Origin: the human T2T-CHM13v2.0 reference genome, Homo sapiens
DNA length: 64,000 bases
Assembly: GCF_009914755.1 (NCBI RefSeq)
Contig: NC_060938.1
Reading direction: 5' to 3' (one strand)
Shown here: one piece after another, positions 13,586 through 29,480 of the stretch
How the letters are laid out: every line of letters starts with the position of its first letter
Position numbering within the stretch: position 1 is the first letter of the stretch
Position numbers and translations under genes: made by a program
The notes under the pieces: model-generated
Told to the model about the DNA's origin: nothing
Database searches by the model: none
What the model saw: the letters and a program-made list of their open reading frames with translations, nothing else

Positions 13586-14805
13586 CTGAGTATGGGGAGA
13601 GCTTAAAATAAGTATGTAGAGTCAAGGCATCTTAGAGGCTGTAAAATATTGGAGAGATTGATTCGAATTCACTATGCTTATTCCATAGACAGTGAATCTG
13701 TGTCCAACAAAGCCAAGTCATGCACCCAAGATCACACCCTGAGTACATGCAAGAACTGGTCCGGGAGTCCAGCTTCCTAACAGCAGTGGCCCTTTTTCTT
13801 CTTTTGACAATGAAAAGCAAATGCATCAGCATACACCAAAAGTGCTAAATCAGTTAGTTACTTTAGATCGAGGATTTTCCAAGCAGATTTTCTAAGATGA
13901 TATTTTTGATGTAGAGAAGATCTGAATAGAAAGCAAGGAGGTTAAAATGTAGGTAGAATATCTGAGAAAAAAAATCCAGGAGCAGGAGTCAGCAGATGAG
14001 ATGCAAGGAAAAGCACAGAATGAGGCCTGGCAGGAAGACCCCAAGGTAGGGGTGGGGAGCCTAGTGGTGGGCAGGCCTTGGACATCCAGAAAAGAGCTTT
14101 GGATTTTAGCTCCTGCACATTGGTGGTCTTTTGAGGAATTGGTGGGATTTGAGGAATGCAAGTAGCAATGGTGGATGGAGAAAATGGAAAGAGAAAAGAA
14201 CCACATACAGGAAGGCCTATCCAGAGGTCACTGATGGGCAGAGGGTCGTCCAGGCAATGACCACACCAAGCAGCAGAGGAATGACTTAAGGAGCTTGTGC
14301 TGAGGGAGGAGGTAAGGAGCTTGTGTCCAGAAAAGCAGAAAGGAAGGTGTGCACATTTATGAGTTGCTCCCAGGACTTCCTGCAGGAAGAGTGCACAGGG
14401 CTCCAGCAGTCCCTGCTGCTTGTCAGCTGTGAGCTCTAACAATCTTCCCAAAAAGCTGCGAAGACCTGGGTGCCATCAGTGATTTCAGTTGCCCCCTCCA
14501 CACAGCCTTGGAGGCACCTGGTAGCGTAACACAGGCAGAAGTTTTGGAGCCAGACAAGCTGGTTTTCTAGGAAACAGCAAGGTGATGTTGATTTTTTTGT
14601 TGTAATTCCCTTTTTGGAATCACAGTTTCTCATCTCTACAAAGAGATAAACAATGGCTACCATTTAGCATTATTATAAAGATTATGTGAGAATTTATGTG
14701 TTAAATGCATATAATCATTTATGGCAATACAAAGTGTTCATACATATTTATTCACCTATATTTTTCCTTTGTATGTAACCTGGACCTCTGGCTAAACCTC
14801 TTTGA

Positions 14806-15117
<312 letters not shown>

Positions 15118-15127
15118 TGATTTGAGA

Positions 15128-15736
15128 TTTTTTTAAAAAATTTTTATTTTTTATTATAAGTATAATCTTTAAGTTCTGTGGTATATGTGCACAATGTGCA
15201 GGTTTGTTACATAAGTAATACATATGCCATGTTGGTTTGCTGCACCCATCAACTCATCATTTACATTAGGTATTTATCCTAATGCTATCCCTCCCCCAGC
15301 CCTCCACCCCACGACAGGCCCTGGTATGTGACATTCCCCTCCCTGTATCCATGTGTTCTCATTATTCAACTCCCACTTATGAGTGAGAACATGCAGTGTT
15401 TGGTTTTCTCTTCTTGTATTACTTTGCTGAGAATGATGGCTTCCAGTTCCATCGATGTCCCTGAAAAGGACATGAACTCATCCTTTTTTATGGCTGCATA
15501 GTATTCCATGGTGTATATGTGCCACATTTTATTTATCCAGTCTATCATTGATGGGCATTTGGGTTGGTTCCAAGGCTTTGCTATTGTGAACAGTGCTGCA
15601 ATAAATATACGTGTGCATGTGTCTTTATAGTAGAATGATTTATAATCCTTTGCGTATATACCCAGTAATGGGATTGCTGGGTCAAATGGTATTTCTAGTT
15701 CTAGATCCTTGAGGAATTGCCACACTGTCGTCCATA
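15128..15736 (-). mobile_element. L1PA7-like, 5'-truncated (~0.6 kb)
   Basis: L1PA 3' UTR plus ORF2 C-terminus (ORF 15366-15725, FIAALFTIAK...WNQPKCPS); TSD copy TGATTTGGGATTT at 15737-15749. Confidence 0.9.
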
Positions 15737-16042
15737 TGATTTGGGATTTATTGATTTAAGAATTTTCCCAGGTAAGAAGTTTGAAAGTCGCAGTTTCCTA
15801 GTATGTTATCAAGAAGAATTTAAGGTCATTTAGTCCATAAATTAAGTTTTTTTGTTTACATTTGTGTTGTGGAGGGTTGGTAGCATTGTTTCAAATTTTT
15901 TACTTACTTGCCCATTTTGAACTGGAATACTTCACATAGTGGGAAACTTTTAACATCTCTTGAAAAGTCTGAAAGTCCAACAGCCAGCTGTCCAGCAGTG
16001 ACCATTAGCTGAAGCTGGGTGTCTCTTATCCCACCCTCTAGT

Positions 16043-16492
16043 TGGATTGGTCTGTTAGGGCTTTCATAACAGAGTACCACATACTGGGTGGCTTAAACAG
16101 TAGAAATGTATTGTGTCACAGTTCAGAAGGCTAGAAGTCCAAGATGAAGGAGTCCGTAGGACTGGTTCCTTTGAGGGATTTGAGAGGATCTGTTCCATGC
16201 CTCTCTCCTGGCTTCTGGGGTTGCTGAAATCTCTAGCATTCCTTGGCTTGTAGAAGCATCACCCTGACCTCTGTCTTTCTACTCATGGGGTGTCCTCTGT
16301 GTGTGCTTGTCTCTGTGTTCAAATTCCCTTTTCATAAGGACACTAGTATTGAATTAGGGTCCACCCTAATAACCTCATCTTCACTAATTACATCTGCAGT
16401 GACCACATTTCCAAACAAGGTTACATTGTGAGGTACTCAGGATTAGGACTTCAACATATGAGTTTGCGAGGAACACAGTTTAACTCATAACA
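16043..16492 (-). mobile_element. MLT1C-type solo LTR
   Basis: GGTGGCTTAAACAG, CATTCCTTGGCTTGTAGA and GGATTAGGACTTCAACATATGA through CATAACA. Confidence 0.85.
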
Positions 16493-17569
16493 CCAGCTTA
16501 ATATCATCCCCTCCCCCAGGCTTCTGGCAGGCATCTGCAAAGTCCACCTGGCTACTGTCATTTTCAGCATGCAGTCCACAACTTTTGGTCAAAAACCTCC
16601 TTTCTATCACAGTGGACCTGAGGCCCACATTTCAGTAAAGCAAGAGGCAACTACAAGGTCTGCAGTGTTTGGTTGGGTTGAAGGCTCTGTCAAGTGACTC
16701 TCCCAAGGTAGCACAGCTAGAGGCAGCCGGCCCTTTATGGATTCTGGTCCATTCATCTGCGTGCCTCCGGTTCAGCCTGAGAGGAAGTAGTGAGAAACAA
16801 TACTGTTTCAAGTGTAGTGCCTCTGAGATGGGCGAGGAGTTGAGAAGTCAAGAGGGAGGGTTTGTTTGGGGAGGGCAGGTGACATGCAGGTGGAGCAGTG
16901 ATAGGTGAAGCCTGAGGTGACATCCTAGGGGAACTGTCCAGGAGGTAGGGGAATGTGAGATTGGTGTGCTCCTGTCTGCCCTCCAAACAGATCAAACCAG
17001 AACCTTCTCATATTTGGTGAGGACCTTATCAGGGTGATACTTTGTTAGGAATTCTTGTACTCTTGTCATTTTTCACCTAATGTAAATTGATAATTAGGAA
17101 GCATTACACATATTCACAGAGTAAAGGTCTTGAGATAAAGCACAATTTCTCAGTGTTTTTTTTTTTCAGATGAAAAACGTTTCTTTGTGTGTTACTCTTA
17201 TGAAGAGCAAGTGTTTTTTCCCTACCAAAATGGCAGTTAAATTATATTTTGATAATATTCTCAATGTGTCAGCTGCCAACAGCACTTTAAATAATAAGAA
17301 TTAGATTCTTCCTAAACAAGGCAGTAATTTTATTGAAAAATGCTGGAGGCCCCGTAGCTCAGGGTCTTAGAACTGAACCACAGGCTTGCTGCAAGGTTTA
17401 CAAAATTCTCAAAACTTGGACACAAATGTGGCATCCTTCTTTAGAGATCTGCCTTACTCCATAATACTGATGAGGAATAGGTATGCAGTTCTCAGGAGAT
17501 CATTAGGAACATTCATATGGCTCTTCTTATTTGGGTGTCCCTAAACTTCACACAATCAGGTAGGAATTA

Positions 17570-17928
17570 CAGTTGATCCTTAAACAATGTGGAGGTTAGG
17601 GGCCCCAATTCGTTGTGTTGTCAAAATTCCACATACGACTTTTGACTCTCCAAAACCGAAAACACTAACAGGCTACTGCTAACCAGAAGCCTTACTGGTA
17701 ACATAAACAGTTGATTAACACATAGATAGACTGATATTTAGGTATATTTTATGCATCCATGACATACCTGTTTCCTCCTTTTAAAAATATTTCTAGGCCA
17801 TGTGTTTGTCTGAGGTTTTTCAAACTGTCTCAAATCTCTAAAGAAATGTTCCAATGTGTTTACTGAAAAAAAATTTGCGTATAAGTGCACCTGCACAGTT
17901 CAAACCCTTGTTGTTTAGTAGTTAACTG
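17570..17928 (-). mobile_element. Tigger2 deletion derivative (TcMar) inserted in a MIR
   Basis: TIRs CAGTTGATCCTT and TTAACTG with TA TSDs; MIR core resumes at ~17931. Confidence 0.85.
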
Positions 17929-18385
17929 TACCGTCTTCCTTTTACAGTAGAGAAAGCTGAGACTTAGGAAGAAGACAAGACTCACTCAAGGCTGTACAAA
18001 AAGTGAGTGGCTGAGCTAGGAGTAGTCATGGCAACCACAATCTGGTGTGTGGTACTCCTGGGTGATACCTGGGGACCAGGGGCAGCCAGGGCAGCCATAG
18101 CCAAGTGCCTTGACTATATAATTCCAATATATTATACATTTTAGGGTGTTTAAAATGGCCACCAGAAGAAATGATTTGACATTGTACAGCATAGGCACTG
18201 TTGCTTAATGAAAGAAATAGATACAAGTAAAGTACAAGTATTCATAAATGATTACTGGGTACCACACCATACTCTCAGCTCTTGAGCTAAAGTCAGACAT
18301 TAACATCATACAACTCTATCGTCATCGTTGTCATGATCAACATCATCCATTCATTTTAGAGTTGAGCAAACTGAAGCTCAAATTT

Positions 18386-18510
18386 TATATATATATGTAT
18401 ATATATATATATGTATATATATGTGTATATATATATGTATATATATGTATATATATATGTATATATATGTATATATATATGTATATATATATGTCTATGT
18501 GTGTGTGTGT
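18386..18510 (+). repeat. (TA)n/(TATG)n microsatellite
   Basis: Direct reading. Confidence 0.95.
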
Positions 18511-19256
18511 TTAATTAAACTTAATATATAGTGAGTTCTTTTTAACAGGTTCTGTGCTTATACACTCTCAATTCCTTTCTGCTACAACTCTGTGTTGCTA
18601 TGTGTGTGCATGCCATTATGCTCCTATGGAGATGTTGAATTCCCCCTCTTTTTTCACTACACATCTAGTTAAACAAAAAGTTTGCAAAGCAAGGAACCCA
18701 AGTTACCAGGAATGAAAAATGTGTGCTAAAATTTTGGGAAACTTTTGGGAAGTTTTTTTCTGATTCACTTAAAAATAATTTTAATAAATTGTAAGTCAAA
18801 CTAACAGACACAAAAATGTTATGACAAAACATAATTACCATATTTACCCAATAGCTAGAATTCACAAATGTAAACCTTTTGCTACTTTTCACTTTGATTT
18901 TTTAAATTAATCACTCTGGAGGGAGTCAAAATCCCTTATATTCTTTTGTGACCCTGTTTCTCTTTTTCCATCTCCAGAAATCTCCAGGATTTTATAATTG
19001 ATCTGCACCCTTCTCTTTTATATTTTATACTTTTGTTATGCAGGCATTTGTCTACAACACTTTGTAGCCTAGCTGTAGAATTAACTGGCATGATACTAAT
19101 TTCCAAAAAAACTTTTAAAGTATCTATATTTAAAAATTTGTCAGATATAAAAATGTACATATAGTATAATAGACACACATATTTAAGTAACACAAAGTTG
19201 ACATGTGCAAATACTCTTTTACTTTCTTCAGATATTTTTTCTTAAAAAAAAACCAC

Positions 19257-21000
<1,744 letters not shown>

Positions 21001-21032
21001 ATATGGTAATACCCTCTGGTCAGTCTTTCCTG

Positions 21033-21287
<255 letters not shown>

Positions 21288-22686
21288 CAGTCACTCCTTT
21301 TATCCATTCTTTTTCAGCTATGTCTAATCTGTGTTTTGAATTATATATTTAGAGGGATTTTGGTGTATACATGTATGTATTATAGTGATATGTATATTCA
21401 CCTATGACATGTATAAAAATATGTATTTCTTTTTATTTATCTTTATTTAAAAAATCACTGATTTAATTCTCTGATTCCAACCAAGCACAACACTACAGGT
21501 TAGAATCTTGTTTCTTCCTTTTCATATTTGAAACTCCCTTCACAATAGTGAGAGAAATCTGTATTCTATTATCCTTAATATATTTACTCATTTACTCTAG
21601 TCTAGAATACATAGAAAGCAATTTCAGAATTGCTAACCCATACCACTGGAAAAATCAAATCTACTAACTAAAGTTTGATATTTATTTACAATTCTTTACA
21701 TGCAATTTACATACTTGGAAATGGAGAATCTTTAGTGTACAATCCAATGAGTTTTGACAAATGAGCAAACCCCTGTAAACCACACCGCTGTTGAGGTACA
21801 GAATGTACCCATCGCCCCAGAAAGTTCCTTGCAGTCGTCCCCAGTTAACTCCCTTCCTTGCTTCCAACTGGAGGCATCCACTGTTCTAATTTTTCACCAT
21901 TGTTTTGTCTGTTTTAGAATTTCACATAAATAAAATAATCTGCATTGCTTTTTGTACAGCTTCTTAGCATGTTTGTGTGATTTATGCAGTTGCATGTATC
22001 AATATTTCACTCAATTTTATTGCTAAGTAATATTTTATTATATTATACTTTTCGTATCTGTTTTCCTGTTGATGGACATTTGAGTTGTTTCAGGTTTTAG
22101 CTGTTATAAGTAAAGTTGTCATAAACATTTTGGTACAAATTTGTGTAAAGATATATGTTTTTATTTCCACTGAGCAAATTCCTTGAATTGGAATTATGAG
22201 GTCAAAGATAGGTCTATAATTAAAAATACAAACTGCCAAACTTTCTCAAAGAAGTTATGCCATTTTTCTTTCCCACTAGCAATATAAGAGAGATATATGT
22301 TCCACATCATCACACCATTTTACTTTAACAGATACTTTATCCTTTCTAGTGTGTATGTAGTGGCATTTCATCGTGGTTTTAATTGTGTTTCTCTGATGAC
22401 CAATGATGCAGAGAAATTTTCAGGTACTTATTGGCCATTTTCATGTCTTCCTTTGTGAAATATTTGTTCATATATTTTGCTTAGTTTTTGCTTTTTTAAA
22501 AAAATTTTACTTTAGGTTCTGGGATATATGTGCAGAACGTGCAGGTTTGTTACATAGATATTCGTGTGTCATGGTGGTTTGCTGCAGCTGTTGACCCTTC
22601 CTCTATGTTCCCTTCCCTCATCCCCCACATTCCAACAGGCCCTGGTGTGTGTTGTTCCCCTCCCAGTGTCCATGTGTTCTCATTTT

Positions 22687-25600
22687 TCAAGCTCCACTTA
22701 TGAGTGACAACATGTGGTGTTTGGTTTTCTGTTCCTGTATTAGTTTGCTGAGGATGATGGCTTCCAGCTTCATCCATGTCCCTGCAAATGACATAATCTC
22801 ATTCATTCTTATGGCTTCTTGGTATTCCATGGTGTGTATATACCACATTTTCTTTACCCAGTCCATCATTGATGGGCATTTGGGTTGGTTCCAAGACTTT
22901 GCTGTTGTAAATAGTGCTGCAATAAACATACATGTGCATGTGTCTTTATTGTAGAATGATTTATATTCCTTTGGGTATATACCCAGTAATGAGATTGCTG
23001 GGTCAAATTGTATTTCTGGTTCTAGATCCTTGAGAAATTGCCATGCTGTCTTTCATAGTGGTTGAACTAATTTATATTCCCACCAATGTGTAAAAGTATT
23101 CCTATTTCTCCAGAGCCTCATCAGCATCTATTGTTTCTTGACTTTTTAATAATTGCCATTCGGACTGGCATGAGATAGTATCTCATTGTGGTTTTGATTT
23201 TCATTCCTCTAATGATCAGTGATGTTGAACTTTTTTTTACTTGTTTGTTGGTTGCATAAATGTCTTCTTTTGAGAAGAGCCTGTTCATATCCTTTACTCA
23301 CTTTTTGATGGGGTTGTTTGTTTTCTTGTAAATCTGTTTAAGTTACTTGTAAATTCTGGATATTAGACCTTTGTCAGATGCGTAGATTGCAAAAATTTTC
23401 TCCCATACTGTATTTTGCCTGTTCACTCTAATGATAGTTTCTTTTGCTATGCAGAAGCTCTTTAGTTTAATTAGATCCCATTTGTCAATTTTGGCTTTTG
23501 TTGCAATTTCTTTTGGCATTTTTGTCATTAAGTCTTTGCCCGCGTCTATATCCTGAATGGTATTGCCTAGGTTTTCTTCTAGGGTTTGTATGGTTTTGGG
23601 TTTTACATTTAAGTCTTTAATCCATCTTGAGTTAATTTTTGTATAAGGTGTAAGGAAGGGTTCCAGTATTAGTTTTCTGCATATGGCTAGCCAGTTTTCC
23701 TAGCACCATTTATTGACTAGGAGATCCTTTCCCCATTGCCTGTTTATGTCAGATTTGTTGAAGATCAGATGATTGTAGATGTGTTGTGTTATTTCTGAGG
23801 TCTCTTTTCTGTTACGTTGGTCTATGTATCTGTTTTGGTACCAGTACCATGATGTTTGGGTTGTCTGTTTTGATATCACTACCACGTTGTTTTGGTTACT
23901 GTAGCCCTGTAGCACAGTTTGAAGTCAGGTAGTGTGATGCCTCCAGCTTTGTTCTTTTGCTTAGGATTGTCTTGGCTATACGGAGTCTTCTTTGATTCCA
24001 TTTGAAATTTAAAGTAGTTTTTTTCTAATTCAATAAACAATGTCAATGGTAGTTTGATGGGAATAGCACTGAATCTATACATTACTTTGGGCAGTATGGC
24101 CATTTTCATGATATTGATTCTTCCTATCCATGAGGATGGAATGTTTTTCTATTTGTTTGTGTCCTCTCTTACTTTCTTGAGCAGTGGTTTGTAGTTCTAC
24201 TTGAAAAGGTCCTTCACATCCCTTGTTAACTCTATTCCTAGGTATTTTTTTCCCTTTCTAGTGATTGTCAATGGGAGATCATTCATTATTTGACTCTCTG
24301 CTTGTCTATTGTTGGTTTAAAGGAATGCTTGTGATATTTGCACAGTGATTTTTTATCCTGAGACTTTGCTGAAGTTGCTTATTAGCTTAAGGAGTTTTTG
24401 GGCTGAGATGATGGGGTTTTCTAAATATGAAATGAAGTTGTCCACAAAAAGAGACAATTTGACTTACTCTCTTCCTATTTGAATATGCTTTATTTCTTTC
24501 TCTTCCCTGATTGGCCTAGCCAGAACTTCCAATACTATGTTGAATAGGAGTGGTGAGAGAGGACATCCTTGTCTTGTAACAGCTTTCAAAGGGAATGCTT
24601 CCAGCTTTTGCCCATTCAATATGATATGGGCTGCGAGTTTGTCATAAATAGCTCTTATTATTTTGAGGTATGTTCCATCAATACCTAGTTTATTGAGAGT
24701 TTTTAACATGAAGGTTGTTAAATTATATCAAAGGCCTTTTCTGCATTGATTGAGATAATCATGTGGTTTTTGTCTTTGGTTCTGTTTATGTGATGGATTA
24801 CATTTATTGATTTGTGTATGTTGAACCAGCCTTGCATCCCAAGGATGAAGCTGACTTCATCGTGTTGGATAAACTTTTTGATGTGGTGCTGGAGTCTGTT
24901 TACCAGTATTTTATTGAAGATTTTCAAATTGATGTTCACCATGAATATTGGCCTGCAGTTTTCTTTTTTTGTTGTGTCTCTGCCCCATTTTGGTACCAGA
25001 ATGATGCTGTCTTCATGAAATGAGTTAGGGAGGCATCTCTCCTTTTCAATTGTTTGAAATAGTTTCAGAATGAATGGTATCAGCTCCTCTTTGTATCTCT
25101 GGTATAATTTGGCCGTGAATCTATCTGGTCCTATGCTTTTTTTGGTTGGTAGGCTATTAATCACTGCCTCAATTTCAGAACTTGTTATTGGTCTACTCAG
25201 GGATTTGAGTTCTTCCTGGTTTAGTCTTGGGACGGTGTATGTGTCCAGGAATTTATCAATTTCTTCCAGATTTTCTGGTTTATTTGTGTGGAAGTGTTTA
25301 TAGTATTTTCTGATGGTAGTTTGTATTTCTGTGGGGTCAGTGGTAATATGCCCTTTATCATTTTTTTATTGTGTCTATTTGATTCTTCTCTCTTTTCTTC
25401 TTTATTAGTCTAGCTAGCAGTTTATCTCTTTTGTTAATTTTTTCAAGAAACCAGCTCCTGGATTCATTGATTTTTTGGAGAGTTTTCTTTGTCTCTATCT
25501 CCTTCAATTTTGTTCTAATCTTAGTTATTTCTTGTCTTCTGCTAGTTTTTGGATTAGTTTTCTCTTGCTTTTCTAGTGCTTTTAATTGTGATGTTAGGGT

Positions 25601-26551
25601 ATTGATTTGAGATCTTTCTAATTTTCTGATGTGGGTATTTAGTGCTATGTATTTCTGTCTTAACACTGTTTTAGCTGTGTCCCCGAGATTTTGTATATTG
25701 TCTCTATGTTCTCATGGGTTTCAAAGAACTTCTTGATTTCCGCCTTGATTTCATTACTTACCCAGGAGTCATTCAGGAGCAGATTGTTCAGTTTCCATGT
25801 AGTTGTGTGGTTTTGAGTGAGTTTCTTAATCCTGAGTTCTAATTTGATTGCATTGTGGTCTGAGAGACTGTTATGATTTCCATTCTTTTGCATTTGCTGA
25901 GGAATGTTTTACTTCCAATTATGTGGTCAATTTTAGAATAAGTGTGATGTGGCACTGAGAAGAATGTATATTCTGTTGATTTGGGGTGGAGAGTTGTGCA
26001 GATGTCTATTAGTTCCATTTGATCCAGAGCTGAGTTCAAGTCCTGAATATCCTTGTTAATTTTCTGTCTCATTGATCTGTCTAATATTGACAGTGGGGTG
26101 TTAAAGTCTCCTACTATTATTGTGTGGGAGTCTAAGTCTCTTTGTAGGTCTTTAGGAACTTGCTTTATGAGTCTGGGTGCTCCTGTATTGGGTGCATATA
26201 TATATTTAGAATAGTTAGATCTTCTAGTTGAATTGTTGCCTTGACAATTATGTAATGCCCTTCTTAGTCTTTTTTGATCTTTGTTCGTTTAAAGTGTGTT
26301 TTGTCAGAGACTAGGATTGCAACCTCTCCTTTTTTCTTTTTTTGCTTTCGATTTGCTTGGTAAATTTTCCTCCTTCCCTTTATTTTGAGCCTATGTGTGT
26401 CTTTGCACGTGAAATCGGTCTCCTGAATAAAGCACACCAATGGGTCTTGACTCTTTATCCAATTTGCCAGTCTGTGTCTTTTAACTGGGGCGTTTAGCCC
26501 ATTTACATTTAAGGTTAGTATTGTTATGTGTAAATTTAATCCTGTCATCAT
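22687..26551 (-). pseudogene. Disrupted L1 ORF2 (endonuclease / reverse transcriptase)
   Basis: Fragments MMTGLNLHITILTLNVNGLN (EN), [29 protein letters not shown] (RT), WNQPKCPS; many stops and frameshifts. Confidence 0.92.
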
Positions 26552-26611
26552 GATGCTAGCTGGTTATTTTGCACACTAGTTGATGCAGTTTCTTCATAGT
26601 ATCAGTGGTCT

Positions 26612-26960
26612 TTACATTTTGGTGTGTTTTTGCATTGGCTGATACCCGTTTTTCCTTTCCATATTTAGTGCTTCTCTCAGGAGCTCTTACAAGGCAGGCC
26701 TGGTGGTAATGAAATCCCTCAGCATTTGATTCTCTGGAAAGGATTTTATTTCCCCATCACTTATGAAACCTAGTTTAGCTGGATATGAAATTCTGGATTG
26801 AAAATTCTTTTCTTTAAGAATGTTGAATATTGGCGCCCAATCTCTTCTGGCTTGTAGAGTTTCTTCTGAGAGGTCTGTTATTAGTCTGATGGGCTTCCCT
26901 TTGTAGGTGACCTGGCGTTCCTCTCTGGCTGCCGTTAACATTTTTTCTTTCATTTCGACC
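26612..26960 (-). pseudogene. L1 ORF1 C-terminal remnant
   Basis: VEMKEKML...VTYKGKPIRL...FITTRPAL; the N-terminal part is deleted. Confidence 0.9.
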
Positions 26961-29312
26961 ACAGTCTGCCACAGCTGGTGTGTTGAGCTGTGGGGACACC
27001 TCCTGGGACCAAGCCGTCCAGCCTCCCTGGCTCCAGCAGGGGAAAAGCATGAGCTGGAGCTATAGAGTTGGATGTCACCCTCCTCCTGCCCAGGGAGCTT
27101 AATGTATTAGGCAGCTATGAGTCCCCATGCTGCCTGCTGGCTCTCTCTCAAGGAGCTCAAACGGCTTAGAGAGCAGGCACCCCCAGCTGTGGTGCTGGTT
27201 GCACCTCTCTTCAGTAGCTTGGCAGGCTTAGGCAGATTCCAGCTGAGAGGCTGTTGAGAATCTGTGCGGCTCTAGAGTTGGGACCCTAGGCCCCAGTGGT
27301 ATGGTTTTGTGAGTGAGAACTTCTGACCTGTGGGTTGCACAGTTCCGTGGACAAAGCATGGTTTCCTCGGCTGGGTAGCATGCTCATTCACCACCTCCCT
27401 TTGCTGGAGGGTGGGGGCTCCCCCGCCCTATGTGGCTTTCAGGTGGGCCACTGAACCACACTGCTTCTCCTTCCTCTCCATGGATTATGTCAGTTGCCTA
27501 GTCAGTTCTGATGACAGAACCTGGATACCTTGGTTGCCAGTGAAGGATTAGCATGCTAATTATGGTTCTTTTTTGATGGGAGCCTCTGATTGCTGCTGTT
27601 TCTAGTCAGCCATCTTGGCCTTGGCCCTATTTTGCTTATTTTTCAAATTATCTTGCTTTTTTTTTTTCTTTTTTAGATTGAGGTGTAAGAATTTGTTATA
27701 TACTCTGAATAAAAGTCTTTAGTTAGATATATATTTTACACATATTTCTCCCAGTTTGAGACTTTCTCAATTATTTTCTTGAATGTGTTTTTGGATAAGC
27801 AGGTTTTTAAATACATTTAGGAAATTCTAACATTATTTTTTCTTTTGTGGTTATTGTTTTCTGTGTCTTGTTCAAGAAAATTTTACCCCCAAGTCATGCA
27901 AATTACCTTATTTTTTTCTAAAATCTTTATAGTTTTAGCTTTTATTTAAATTAAACTTGAATTTTGTGTATGGTGTCAGATAAAGGTTGAGGTTCATTTT
28001 GTTCCCAGAAGAATACCTAGTTCACTGAAAATACTTTGCTTTTTTCATGTAATTGCTTTGATATATTTGTTGAAAAGCTGTTAACCATATAAATGTGGGT
28101 CTTCCATATTTTCTGTTCATTTTTATTGATTTATTTCTCCAGCCTTATGTAAATGCCACATTGCCTTATTAAATGTAACTGTATAGTAAGACTTGGTAAT
28201 TTCTTCAACATAGTTTTATTAGTCAAGATTGCTTTGGCTATTTTAGGTTCTTTGCATTTCCATGTAATTAATTTGTCAATATCTTTTTTAAAAGCCAGCT
28301 AGAATTATAACTGAAATCATTGAATCTATAAATCAGTTTGAGTAGAATTGATATCTTAATAATACTGAGACTTCAATCTATGAACATGGTATATCTCTCT
28401 ATTCGTTTAAGTCTTCCTAATGAATAACCTAAATTATTATAGTTTAGCAATTATAGTAGCTATTAGTGTATATCTCTCATACAGCTTTTGTTAAATGCAT
28501 AAAGCATTTTGTTATTTTAAATAAATTTCAAGAATTTTATTTTCCAGTATATATAAAGTTTAATCTTGTATACTCATCTTGCATCCTGAGAATATTAGTT
28601 CTAAGTGTTGGTTTATTTATTTGTTTGTTTGGTGGGTCACAGAGTATTTTCTAAATAGAAAATCTTGTTGTCTGAAAAAAAAAGGGACTGTGTTACTTAT
28701 TTCTTTTCAATATTTATGTTTGTATTCATTTTTCTTGCTTTGGTTTTTTTTTGACCAGGATCATCTTTGTCTTCTTTATAATGTTAAAGAGAAACAATAA
28801 TTTAGTGTTTCTCCATATTGCTGATATCTCCATGATGTCAGCAGTAGGTTTTTCATACAATCCCTGTATCAGATGGGAGAAGTTTTATTCTATTTTTATC
28901 TTGCTAAAAGTTTTATTTATGTATTTTAAAAATCATGAATAGATGCACAGTTTTGTCAGATGCATTTTCTCTATCTATGGTTGATTTTTAGATCTTAAAC
29001 ATTTTGTTCCTCAGACAAAGCTCATTTGGTAATAATATTTATAATTTTTTATATATAACTGGATTAAAAATGTTGGTCTTTTGTTAATAATCTTAAAATT
29101 CATATTAATAAAGAATATTACTTTATAAATAGTTTAATATTGTTATAAAGTTTAGGTAACAGGGTTTTCTGGTCTCATAAAACAAGCCAGGAAGTGGATT
29201 GGATTTCCTCTATTTTCTGAAAGTGTCAGTGTAAGTCTGACATTATTTAGTCATCAAATATTTTATATAATTCAATAGCGAAACCATCTGGGCTTGGACT
29301 TCTTGTATTTGC

Positions 29313-29419
29313 TATATATAAGAAAGACAAAGAATATATACATACACACACATACATACATACACACACACACATATATGTGTGTGTGTGTATATGTGCA
29401 TATATATATACACACACAC

Positions 29420-29477
<58 letters not shown>
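29313..29477 (+). repeat. Compound (CA)/(TG)/(TA) microsatellite at the Tigger end
   Basis: Direct reading; the (TA)n run abuts the transposon terminus. Confidence 0.95.

Positions 29478-29480
<3 letters not shown>

Larger units (their letters stand above)
22489..27627 (-). mobile_element. L1PA8-like with both termini and an internal deletion (~5.1 kb)
   Basis: L1PA8-type 3' UTR; 5' end GGCCAAGATGGCTGACTAGAA; TSD TATTTTGCTTA(G/T)TTTT at 22473 and 27628. Confidence 0.92.

Noticed and set aside
13942-14451. 169-aa minus-strand ORF
   Set aside because: Overlaps purine-rich L2-like remnants; non-ATG start; no matching splice sites or recognisable domain
15900-16030. Possible MER102-like hAT fragment
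   Set aside because: Similarity too short and decayed to call by eye
22687-26962. L1 ORF1/ORF2 as a functional retrotransposon
   Set aside because: Many stops and frameshifts, and most of ORF1 is deleted
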